Positions 1 to 8,264 of a DNA stretch of 64,000 nt are shown here, piece by piece. Numbering within the stretch: position 1 is the stretch's first letter; every line of letters begins with the position of its first letter. The position numbers were made by a program, and so were the translations under genes. Origin of the DNA: Candidatus Eiseniibacteriota bacterium (GTDB taxonomy: Bacteria; Eisenbacteria; RBG-16-71-46; CAZAMP01); contig OZ245046.1 of assembly GCA_965224245.1 (NCBI GenBank), forward strand, positions 4,320,001 through 4,384,000, given 5' to 3'. Under the pieces are notes generated by a model. That model saw only the letters and a list, made by a program, of their open reading frames with translations, had not been told where the DNA came from and made no database searches.

Positions 1-1
1 C

Positions 2-361
2 CTGAGTACACGCCGGCACGACGTCGATCCGGATCCGGTGACCGATGCGGACCTCGAGCAGTATCTCGAGACATACGAGGAGGGGCGGTGGCGGGACATG
101 GCCCGCGACGCGGACGTCCCCGAGTTCAAGCCGTACTTCGAGCACATGCACATCGATGACGGCGGCTACCTCCTCTTTCAGCGGTCCGGAGACGACTCCG
201 ACGTCGCGACCTACGACGTGTTCGACCCCGACGGGGTCTTCCTCGATCAGGTCGAGCTGCCGTCGCTGGGAGGGGACGCGATCATCACCCAGGATCGGAT
301 ACTCGACATCGGTGTCGATGAGGACGAGTCACCGGTCGTGTATTGCTACCGTCGCCCGTGA
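2..361 (+). CDS. Partial CDS (N-terminus outside window), probable C-terminal part of a 6-bladed beta-propeller protein
   Basis: Frame is open from position 2 to TGA at 359-361; blade-like segments 'MHIDDGGYLLF', 'YDVFDPDGVFLDQVELP' and terminal 'PVVYCYR'. Confidence 0.6.
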   Translation: MSTRRHDVDPDPVTDADLEQYLETYEEGRWRDMARDADVPEFKPYFEHMHIDDGGYLLFQRSGDDSDVATYDVFDPDGVFLDQVELPSLGGDAIITQDRILDIGVDEDESPVVYCYRRP

Positions 362-370
362 CCGGTGGCG

Positions 371-415
371 TCGAGGATGTCACGGATGTCGAGGATGTCA
401 CGGATGTCGAGGCCG
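371..415. repeat. Short tandem repeat of 9-bp units (TCGAGGATG/TCACGGATG alternating, about 5 units)
   Basis: tcgaggatg-tcacggatg-tcgaggatg-tcacggatg-tcgaggccg, between convergent genes. Confidence 0.85.
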
Positions 416-434
416 TCCGGCGTCGAGGCCGGAC
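415..434. terminator. GC hairpin between convergent genes (possible terminator)
   Basis: GTCCGGC-gtcgag-GCCGGAC inverted repeat; no U-tract. Confidence 0.35.
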
Positions 435-2327
435 TCAGGGCAGGCGTAGCACCCGGAGCCACGCGCGAGTCTCGGCTCCCGTCACCCGCAGGACGTAGAC
501 GCCCGGCGACACCGGTCGCCCGGCCGCGTCGAGTCCGTCCCACGTCGCGCCCGGCTCACTCCCGCCGAGCTCGATCGCGCGCCGGAGCCGTCCCGCGGTG
601 TCGTAGACGGTGATCGTGCGCACGGCCTCGCCGCCGGACAGCGTGACCCGGGTGCCGGTCCGGAACGGGTTGGGCATCGCCTGCGCCGGGGCGTCGGCCG
701 ACACGGCGACGCCACCGCCGGGTACTCCGACGGTCGCCTCCTCGACGACGACCAGGAACTGATCGGCGGCCACGTCCAGGAGCTCCTGGTCGATGCCGCT
801 CGGCCACTCGATGCGGAGACGATCCACGAGGGTGGCCGTGCCGAGCCCGAACTGGGCGACCATCGGCGGACCGGCGTAGAAGCTCCCGCCGCAGACGATC
901 TCGACCATCTGCGTCGTGGGGCCGATCTCCGCGTACACCCGGGCGCCGACGCCGTTCCGGTTGGACTCGGTGCCCTCGAGTCGCACGTTCAGGAAGTGCC
1001 GGTCCTCGCGCGGCGTCTCGTTCCGGAAGAGCCGGGCGGTATCCCAGAGGTCGGTGAGGAGGAAGTCCACGTCCCCGTCGCCGTCGCAGTCGAACGGCAG
1101 GAGCCCGCGCGTGTTCGCGTCGTGGTCGAAGCCCGAGGCGACCGCGACGTCGGTGAAGTGACCGGTGCCGTCGTTCTGGAAGAGATACGAGGGAGTCACC
1201 CACTCGGTCTGCATCCACCCGTTGACGACCGCCAGATCCAGATCGCCGTCCAGCTCGACGTCCACGAAGGCGGCCCCCCATCCCCACCGGGCATCGTTCA
1301 CGCCCCGCGTGGCGGCCTCGTTCGTGAACGTGCCCGCGCCGTCGTTCTGGTAGTACCAGTTGCAGCAGCCCTCGGCCGCGGCTGCGTCGTCGGTGATGTT
1401 GGTGGTCAGGAGATCGATGTCCCCGTCCCGGTCCACGTCGCCCGAGGCGACGCCCATGTCGTTGTTGATGCTGAAGCCGTCGGGCCCGGGCGCGAACGGC
1501 GTGAACGTGCCGTCACCCTCGTTCCGGAAGGCGTAGTCGGGTGCGAAATCGACCGCACAGAAGAGGTCCTGCCAGCGATCGCCGTCCAGGTCCACGAAGA
1601 GCGGCGTCCACTGGCTCACGGTGTTGCCGAGCTCGAGTCCGGCCTCGACGGTGACGTCGACGAACGTGAACCCACCTTCGTTGCGATAGAGATGGTTCCC
1701 GTAGCTGAGCCAGCTCGTCGTGTAGAGGTCCAGATCGCCGTCGTGATCGTAGTCACCGGCGGTGCCACCGCCGACGACGACGGAGAGTGGCTCGAGTCCG
1801 CAGCCGGCGCTCACGTTCTGAAACGTTCCATCACCGAGATTGCGGTAGAGCTGCGTGTAGGGGAAGTCGACCGACCCGTCCGAGTCGCACCACAGGACGA
1901 GGTCGTCGTAGCCGTCACCGTCCAGGTCGGCGAAGAGCGGTGTCCGCGCCAGCGCGAGGTCGACGAGACCGGCCGAGGCCGCGACGTCCACGAAGACGCC
2001 GCCGTCGTTGCGATAGAGCGACGAGGGATGGCCGTTGACGTCGGCGATGCAGAGGTCGAGGTCACCGTCGCGGTCGATGTCCGACGCCGCGGCGCCGGTT
2101 CCGAAACGCGAGGTCTCACCCGGCAGATACCCCGGCATCGGGTCGTTCTCGTGATGAACGTAGGTGATCCCCAGAGGGGTCGTCCGATCCACGAACACGG
2201 GGGTCGGATCGGCCTTCACCGCCACCGGGACGGCAGTCGCGACCCCGATGGCGACGGCGATCGCCGCGCGCACGGAGGCCGCCGGCGCCTCGGTGGACGC
2301 GGGAGCTCGCAGACGGGTGATGAGCAT
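435..2327 (-). CDS. Secreted CRTAC1/ASPIC-UnbV family FG-GAP repeat protein with C-terminal FlgD-Ig/T9SS-type domain
   Basis: Signal peptide; repeated DxDxDGDLD motifs and 'LYRNxGxGTF'; ASPIC segment 'SNRNGVGARV...QFGLG...RIEWPSG'; 'PNPF...VYDTAGR...WDG...GVY' tail. Confidence 0.9.
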   Translation of the reverse strand: MLITRLRAPASTEAPAASVRAAIAVAIGVATAVPVAVKADPTPVFVDRTTPLGITYVHHENDPMPGYLPGETSRFGTGAAASDIDRDGDLDLCIADVNGHPSSLYRNDGGVFVDVAASAGLVDLALARTPLFADLDGDGYDDLVLWCDSDGSVDFPYTQLYRNLGDGTFQNVSAGCGLEPLSVVVGGGTAGDYDHDGDLDLYTTSWLSYGNHLYRNEGGFTFVDVTVEAGLELGNTVSQWTPLFVDLDGDRWQDLFCAVDFAPDYAFRNEGDGTFTPFAPGPDGFSINNDMGVASGDVDRDGDIDLLTTNITDDAAAAEGCCNWYYQNDGAGTFTNEAATRGVNDARWGWGAAFVDVELDGDLDLAVVNGWMQTEWVTPSYLFQNDGTGHFTDVAVASGFDHDANTRGLLPFDCDGDGDVDFLLTDLWDTARLFRNETPREDRHFLNVRLEGTESNRNGVGARVYAEIGPTTQMVEIVCGGSFYAGPPMVAQFGLGTATLVDRLRIEWPSGIDQELLDVAADQFLVVVEEATVGVPGGGVAVSADAPAQAMPNPFRTGTRVTLSGGEAVRTITVYDTAGRLRRAIELGGSEPGATWDGLDAAGRPVSPGVYVLRVTGAETRAWLRVLRLP

Positions 2328-2531
2328 CGAGTCGTTCCAGGTTCGAAAGAGAAGACCACGGCGGGCGCATGCCCGGTCGGCACGCCGGCGATTGTGCTTT
2401 CGAGACGACGATTATACCGTAAGGCGCACTCGAACCGAAACCGGCGGAGAGTGCGGCCGATCCACCGAAGACCGCGATGCCGAACGCCTCCCGCCGGTCA
2501 CGAGCCCGATGCCGCGAGAGGAGAACGCCGT

Positions 2532-3134
2532 TTGCCCCTCGACCTGACCTCGATCGCCGCGCGGATCGTGGTCGCCGCGACCATCGGCGCGATGACCATC
2601 GCACGAGTCGTGCATCAACGGTGGGCGGGCGAGAGCCGGTCGAGCCTCGCGCGCCACCCGGGTGCGCGCCGGAGCGTCGTCTTGCCCGTGGTGGGCGGTG
2701 CACCGTGGGCACTCCTGACGATCGGCTGGGTTGCGGGCGTGATCCCGACCGGATGGCGTTCGACCCCGGGCGAGGGCGTCTGGCCGATCCTCGGCGCGGT
2801 GATCTCGGTCGCGTCGGGAATCCTGTACGTGCGCGTCCACGAGGCGCTGGGCCGTAACTTCTCCATCGCGCTCCGGATCCGGGACGATCACACGCTGGTC
2901 ACCTCCGGCCCCTACGCGCACGTGCGCCACCCGATGTACACCGCCGGCATCGGGCTCATGCTCGGGGTCTCGCTGGCGTCGGGGAGCGTCTGGATCGCGG
3001 GGACGGGGGCGCTGTACGCGGGCGTTCTCGTCCACCGCGTGCGCGCCGAGGAGGCGCTCCTCACGGACGCGTTCGGATCGGCCTACGAGACGTATCGCGC
3101 CCGGACCGGCGCCATCCTGCCCCGGTGGCGCTGA
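2532..3134 (+). CDS. Isoprenylcysteine carboxyl methyltransferase (ICMT/PEMT) family membrane protein
   Basis: 'LVTSGPYAHVRHPMY' and 'EEALL...FG..Y..Y' motifs; TTG start at 2532 after GAGGAG. Confidence 0.85.
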   Translation: MPLDLTSIAARIVVAATIGAMTIARVVHQRWAGESRSSLARHPGARRSVVLPVVGGAPWALLTIGWVAGVIPTGWRSTPGEGVWPILGAVISVASGILYVRVHEALGRNFSIALRIRDDHTLVTSGPYAHVRHPMYTAGIGLMLGVSLASGSVWIAGTGALYAGVLVHRVRAEEALLTDAFGSAYETYRARTGAILPRWR

Positions 3135-3222
3135 TGCGGGGCACCAGCCCGTCCTTCTCCCGGTGCGCCCCGCGCGCTATGCTCGCCGTCTTTCGACCCC
3201 ACGACCGAGGCGAGGAGCCGGC

Positions 3223-4494
3223 ATGAGTGCCTTGAACGTGAGATCCGAGATCGGGCGCCTGCGCGAGGTGCTGGTCCACGCGCCCGGACCCGAGATCGAC
3301 AACATGGTGCCGGACCTGATGGAGGAGCTGCTCTTCGACGACATCCTCTACGGCGACCTGGCGCGTGAGGAGCACGCGACGTTCCGCGCCGTGCTCGAGG
3401 CGCTCGACGTGCGAGTGCTCGAGGCACGCGACCTCCTGACCGAGACGCTGGCCAAGGAGGAGCCGCGGGCCTGGGTCAACGAGGTGCTCCTGCCCACGCT
3501 CTCGGCCGCCAGCGAGAACCGGATGCTCGCCGCGGACGCCGCCGAGCTGACGCGGATGCTCGTGGAGGGCATCCGCATCGACCCCGGCCACCGGGGGTTC
3601 GCGTCGCAGCAGATCTTCGAGATCGTCCCGCTGCCGAACTGGTGCTTCCAGCGCGATCCCCAGATCACGATCGGCGACGGGATCGTCATCTCGTCGATGA
3701 CGACGCCGGCTCGCTGGCGCGAGTCGTTCCTGTCGTCACTGATCTTCTGCCATCACGACCGCTTCGCCGAGACGCCGCGCGTCCTCGACTCGATGCATCC
3801 GGAGGCCCTGCTTCCCGCGTACTTCGGGCCCACACGCCCGTGCCACGAGGGCGGCGACATCCTGATCGTCTCCGAGGACGTCGTGGTGGTGGGCGGATCC
3901 GAGCGCACCAACCGGTCGGGCATCCAGCAGCTGGCGCGGCACCTGGCGCGGCTGGGCGGCCGACCGCGCTGGCTCGTCGCGGTGGTGCTCCCGCATCGCC
4001 GCGCGTACATGCATCTCGACACGGTGTTCACGCCCGTGGATCGGAACGCGTGTCTCGTCTACGCGCCGGTGATCCTCCCCGGTGGGCCCGAGACCGCCCG
4101 CGTGTTCGAGATCGATCTCTCGACCGATCGGCTGCGCTTCGAGCCGGTGGCGGATCTCCTGTCGGCGCTGCGCAACCGCGGCGTCGACTTCCAGCCCATC
4201 GCCTGCGGCGGGGCCGATCCCGTGCAGCAGCAGCGCGAGCAATGGACAGACGGCGCCAACGCGTTCGCGATCGCGCCCGGCGTGATCACGCTCTACGATC
4301 GCAATCTGGCCACGGTCGACGAGCTCGCCCGTCACGGGTTCCAGGCCGTGGCTGCCGAGGACGTCGTCGACGGCACGGTCAGGCTCGACCTCGACGCCCC
4401 CGACAGGAGGTGCATCGTGCTGCCGAGCAACGAGCTGGCCCGGGCCCGGGGGGGGCCCCACTGCATGACGCAGCCGCTGGTGCGGGACGCCTGA
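3223..4494 (+). CDS. arcA: Arginine deiminase
   Basis: 'VRSEIGRLREVLVHAPG', 'LFDD', 'FQRD', 'EGGD', 'MHLDT', and 'RGGPHCMTQPL' with catalytic Cys; AGGAG RBS before ATG 3223. Confidence 0.9.
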   Translation: MSALNVRSEIGRLREVLVHAPGPEIDNMVPDLMEELLFDDILYGDLAREEHATFRAVLEALDVRVLEARDLLTETLAKEEPRAWVNEVLLPTLSAASENRMLAADAAELTRMLVEGIRIDPGHRGFASQQIFEIVPLPNWCFQRDPQITIGDGIVISSMTTPARWRESFLSSLIFCHHDRFAETPRVLDSMHPEALLPAYFGPTRPCHEGGDILIVSEDVVVVGGSERTNRSGIQQLARHLARLGGRPRWLVAVVLPHRRAYMHLDTVFTPVDRNACLVYAPVILPGGPETARVFEIDLSTDRLRFEPVADLLSALRNRGVDFQPIACGGADPVQQQREQWTDGANAFAIAPGVITLYDRNLATVDELARHGFQAVAAEDVVDGTVRLDLDAPDRRCIVLPSNELARARGGPHCMTQPLVRDA

Positions 4495-4593
4495 CGGAGT
4501 CTTCGGCCGCCGATCGTTGGAGCGCACTGACGCCCCGGAGGCGCGGCTCGAAGGGCTCGATCGATCGGCGGGCACCGGCGAGACGAGGTCGCG

Positions 4594-5529
4594 TCAGCCT
4601 CGCGGCGCGCTCTCTCGCCGCACGTTGATGACCCCCTTGGCCAGCGCCGCCACGTACGCGACCGCCATCACGAAGTCGTCCTCCAGCAGATCGTGGAAGC
4701 TCTCAATGTACCCCTGATTGAGGACGACGTCGGTGTCCGCGTAGGCGTCGTACCAGCGCGGCTCGCCGCACTGCGACTCCACGTTTCCGAGCGGATAGCC
4801 CGGTCCGCACGTGAACGTGCCGCGCCCGTCGGGCTGCACACAGCGTACGCGCCCCGACAGAATCGCGTAGATGAAGCCGGATCGATCACCGGTCTTCCAC
4901 ATGGGCGTACCCGCGGTCAGGCGGTGCTCGACCAGCAGACGCGCGAGCTGAGAGACCGAGTCCAGGCTCGAGCCGAGGGTGCTGCCCCTGGCCAGCACCA
5001 TGAGCCGCTCCACGTAGTTGAGCGGGCGTTCCGGCGGGATCTCGGCGATCGGCTCGGTGCCGCCGAGGTGCTGGCCGTCGGGAATCCGCAGCCGCTCGCT
5101 CATGATGCGGCGCGCCAGTCCCTTGATGACGTGAAGAACGAAGTAGAAATTCTCCTCGAAGAGGTCTCGCAGCAGCTCGGCCGAGAGCTCCAGCACCAGC
5201 GAGTCGACCTCGGCCACCGCGTGAACGCCCTCGGGGTCGCGGGCGAGGAAGCTGACCAGCCCCACGGCCTGCTCGGCGCCGAGATCGACCCCGAGCGGGT
5301 ACTCACCACCCTCGACGCGGATCCACCCGTCCACGATGATGAACACCGACTGCGGGCTCTCCCCGCGCTCCAGGATCACCTCGCCTTCCCTCACGAAGCG
5401 CTCGCGGCCGTACTCGGACATGACCGCCAGCTCGGGCGGGGCCAGTGCGGCCAGGAGCGGGACCTTCTTCATGAACAGCGCCCGCTCGAGCGGCCCCACG
5501 AAGTGCATCCGACCCGCGATCACGCTCAT
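4594..5529 (-). CDS. Protein with two tandem cyclic nucleotide-binding (cNMP/CAP-ED) domains
   Basis: 'ERALFMKKVPLLAAL...GEVILERGE...FIIVDGWIRV' and second copy 'GTPMWKTGD...YAILSGRV'; start overlaps upstream stop (ATGA). Confidence 0.8.
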   Translation of the reverse strand: MSVIAGRMHFVGPLERALFMKKVPLLAALAPPELAVMSEYGRERFVREGEVILERGESPQSVFIIVDGWIRVEGGEYPLGVDLGAEQAVGLVSFLARDPEGVHAVAEVDSLVLELSAELLRDLFEENFYFVLHVIKGLARRIMSERLRIPDGQHLGGTEPIAEIPPERPLNYVERLMVLARGSTLGSSLDSVSQLARLLVEHRLTAGTPMWKTGDRSGFIYAILSGRVRCVQPDGRGTFTCGPGYPLGNVESQCGEPRWYDAYADTDVVLNQGYIESFHDLLEDDFVMAVAYVAALAKGVINVRRESAPRG

Positions 5530-8264
5530 CGCGTCCCTCCGGATCCGACCTGCTCCAGCCGCCGCAGCACATCGGCGATCACGTCCGCATTGGGGTCCTC
5601 GGGATGCGTCTCCTGCGAGCGGATGTCCGGCACCAGCTCGACCAGACCGAGCTCGCCCACGTGGTACACCACGAGCCCGCACACGGTCGCGCCCGACTGC
5701 GCCAGAAGCGAGCGGAGCACGTCCACGTAGCCGAGCTCGCCCGGCGCCACGCTCGCGCGCGTGGCCGCCAGTCGGTCGGCATCGGAGACGTCGTCCACGA
5801 GCGCCAGCACCGTCTCGCGGTGCGGCGAGGCGAGGAGGTTCTCCAGGAGCTCTCGACTCGACGCGGCGGCGCGACGGTCGCCCTGCATGAGTCCCCGGTA
5901 GATGCGGCGGTAGTCCTCGCGCGCGTCCACCAGATCCAGCAGGCGGAAGAGCCGATCGATCGCGTGGACCTCCTTGTGCATCAGGAGCGACGTGAGCGTC
6001 TCGTGGGCGGGCGTTCGCCGCTCGGGGCGCTCGCGCGCGCCCTCTTCCAGCCGCAGTCGCCAGCCCAGGAGCTTGACGGCGGCCTCGATCGTGCGGTCGA
6101 CCACGTCGCGCAGCGCCGTCTCGTCCAGCGGCAACGACGGGTGGTGGTAGCGGAGAAAGCCCAGGACGCGGAGGATTTTGAAGCGCACGGCGCCGTTCTC
6201 CTCGGACGCGAAGCGTCTCAGCAGGATCTCGCCGGCCCGTTCGGGCTCGAAGAACGCGATCGTTCGTGGAACGTGTATGCGCCGGCGGACGGGCAGCGTG
6301 ACGTCCCACAGCGCCTCCTCGAGCGCCGGCAGCGCGACGGGTCCGATGCGTTCGATCGTCTCGCGCACGACGGTGCGGAGCTCCCGGAGCTCGAGCATCT
6401 CGATCAGCTTTGGGAGGTACGTCAGGCTCGACGTGCAGCGCATCGCGCGCGCGGTCTCGCGCCGCACGACGATGTCCGGGTCGTCGGCCAGGTGCACCAG
6501 GATGCCATCGCAGACGGGTGAGGGGCTCTCGATGATCCCCTGAAGAAGCGCGATCTTCCCCTCGTTGGACGACCCGTCCACGATCGCGGAGAGCGCCTCG
6601 GCGGTGACGGGATCCTCGGCGTCGCCGGCCGCCAGGAGCCCGGCCACCGCCGTCCCGCGCACACGGGGAGCCGGGTCTTCCAGGAACTCGCGAAGCGTCT
6701 CGACGTCGACCCCCTGCGACAGCTTCAGGCGCAGCACCCCCGCGCGGACGCTGGAATCCAGGTGCCCGACGAGGCGGTCGGCGATGGGCTGGAAGTCGGT
6801 GCGTCGCGCTCGGGAGAAGAGATCCAGCGCGTGCACGACCACACGCGAGGACGGGTGGTACAGGATGTACGGTTGAACCAGGTGGATCTTCCCCTTCTCC
6901 TGGAGCAGATCCATGGCCGCGATCACGTCCTGGTCGTTCGCGCTGTTCAGCGCGCCCAGGAGGGACTCGAACGACGCCAGGTCCAGCTTCGGAAGATCGA
7001 TCTGGCTCTCGATCAGGCCCTCACGGAGCGTCCGGCGGAAGAGATCCAGGTAGAACGGCTTCAGCCAGATCGCGATCCACATCCACAGACCCGACAGGAC
7101 GACCACGGCGGCCGCGAGAACGGCCTCGCCGGCGCCGACGGCGATCGCGGCCAGAATGCCCACCGATGCGAGCGCCTGTCCTCCACGCTGGCCGATCACG
7201 TCGATGAGCTTCTTGACCCGGGCGCGCACGTCGGCGCCGAGCGGCACGTACAGGATCTCCAGGCTCGTTCGATGCAGGGAGTGTCGGAGCGCCCCGTCGA
7301 TCCCCTTCAGGAGCAACGCCGCCGCGAGTCCCCCGCTCACCAGAAGCCCGCCTGCCGCGACCAGAAGTCCGATCGGGAGCACGGCCAGCACCGAGCTGAC
7401 CCCCAGCGAGCGCGTGAGACGCCCCACCACGTAGACCTGGAACACGAGCGAGACCAGGTTCAGCACCATGTAGACCGTCGCGAACGTGGATCCGAGGCGG
7501 GCGGGCTCCACCGAGGACGCGACCGCGCTCTTGAACAGGTAGTCGACGAGGGTCAGCGTGACCGTCGACACGAGGACCAGCGCCGCGAGCCGGAGCACGT
7601 ACGGATCGCGGCGCACCGCCGTCCGATCGAGGCCCGGGCCCCAGCGCGGACGGGATCCGGACCGGCGAGCGGCCCTCCCGCGTGCGATCAGTCGCGCCGG
7701 CACGCATGCGACCCCGAAGACGGAGGCGGCCACGACGAGGAGTTCCTCGGCGCCGACGATCTCGCTGGCCACGCGCGCGAGTGCGGCGCCGGCGATCGCG
7801 CCGAGCACGCCGCCGGTCCCGATGAGGGCGAAGAGCCGCTTCGCCTGCGCGACGTCGAAGATGTCCTGGAGGAGGCTCCAGAACTCCACGACCATCAGTG
7901 TGGCCAGGATGCCGCTCCAGACGTAGAGCACGTAGAAGACCCACGGTCCGCCCCGCGTGACGAAGAGCCAGGAGGCGAGACTCAGCACGACGCCGACCGA
8001 GAGCAGCGCCAGGAGGCTGTTGCCGGCCATCGGTCGCACACGCCGCTCCAGTGCGGTCACCCCCAGTGCAGCCAGCGCGATGCCGAGATACACCCAGGGC
8101 AGTCGCGCCGCGGGGAGCGACGACAGGAACAGGGCGTCACGAGCGGTCTCCAGCACGCCGTGTGCCGTCATCAGGCCGAACAGGGTCAGGAACGCGAGCC
8201 GGGCGCCGCCGCGTTCGCTGGCGCGCACGGACGCCAGCGGGTTCAGTCGCGCCGCGTTACGCAT
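5526..8264 (-). CDS. Npt/TLC-like (ATP/ADP translocase-type) MFS transporter fused to HEAT repeats
   Basis: About 12 hydrophobic segments with 'ARDALFL', 'FWSL..DIFD..QAKRLF', 'EILYVPL...R..VK..ID'; C-terminal HEAT-like 'D.D..VR..A' repeats. Confidence 0.85.
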   Translation of the reverse strand: MRNAARLNPLASVRASERGGARLAFLTLFGLMTAHGVLETARDALFLSSLPAARLPWVYLGIALAALGVTALERRVRPMAGNSLLALLSVGVVLSLASWLFVTRGGPWVFYVLYVWSGILATLMVVEFWSLLQDIFDVAQAKRLFALIGTGGVLGAIAGAALARVASEIVGAEELLVVAASVFGVACVPARLIARGRAARRSGSRPRWGPGLDRTAVRRDPYVLRLAALVLVSTVTLTLVDYLFKSAVASSVEPARLGSTFATVYMVLNLVSLVFQVYVVGRLTRSLGVSSVLAVLPIGLLVAAGGLLVSGGLAAALLLKGIDGALRHSLHRTSLEILYVPLGADVRARVKKLIDVIGQRGGQALASVGILAAIAVGAGEAVLAAAVVVLSGLWMWIAIWLKPFYLDLFRRTLREGLIESQIDLPKLDLASFESLLGALNSANDQDVIAAMDLLQEKGKIHLVQPYILYHPSSRVVVHALDLFSRARRTDFQPIADRLVGHLDSSVRAGVLRLKLSQGVDVETLREFLEDPAPRVRGTAVAGLLAAGDAEDPVTAEALSAIVDGSSNEGKIALLQGIIESPSPVCDGILVHLADDPDIVVRRETARAMRCTSSLTYLPKLIEMLELRELRTVVRETIERIGPVALPALEEALWDVTLPVRRRIHVPRTIAFFEPERAGEILLRRFASEENGAVRFKILRVLGFLRYHHPSLPLDETALRDVVDRTIEAAVKLLGWRLRLEEGARERPERRTPAHETLTSLLMHKEVHAIDRLFRLLDLVDAREDYRRIYRGLMQGDRRAAASSRELLENLLASPHRETVLALVDDVSDADRLAATRASVAPGELGYVDVLRSLLAQSGATVCGLVVYHVGELGLVELVPDIRSQETHPEDPNADVIADVLRRLEQVGSGGTR

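Noticed and set aside
371-415. Repeat as a possible CRISPR array
   Set aside because: Units are 9 bp with no unique spacers and no cas genes; the CHAT gene likewise has no type III-E components nearby
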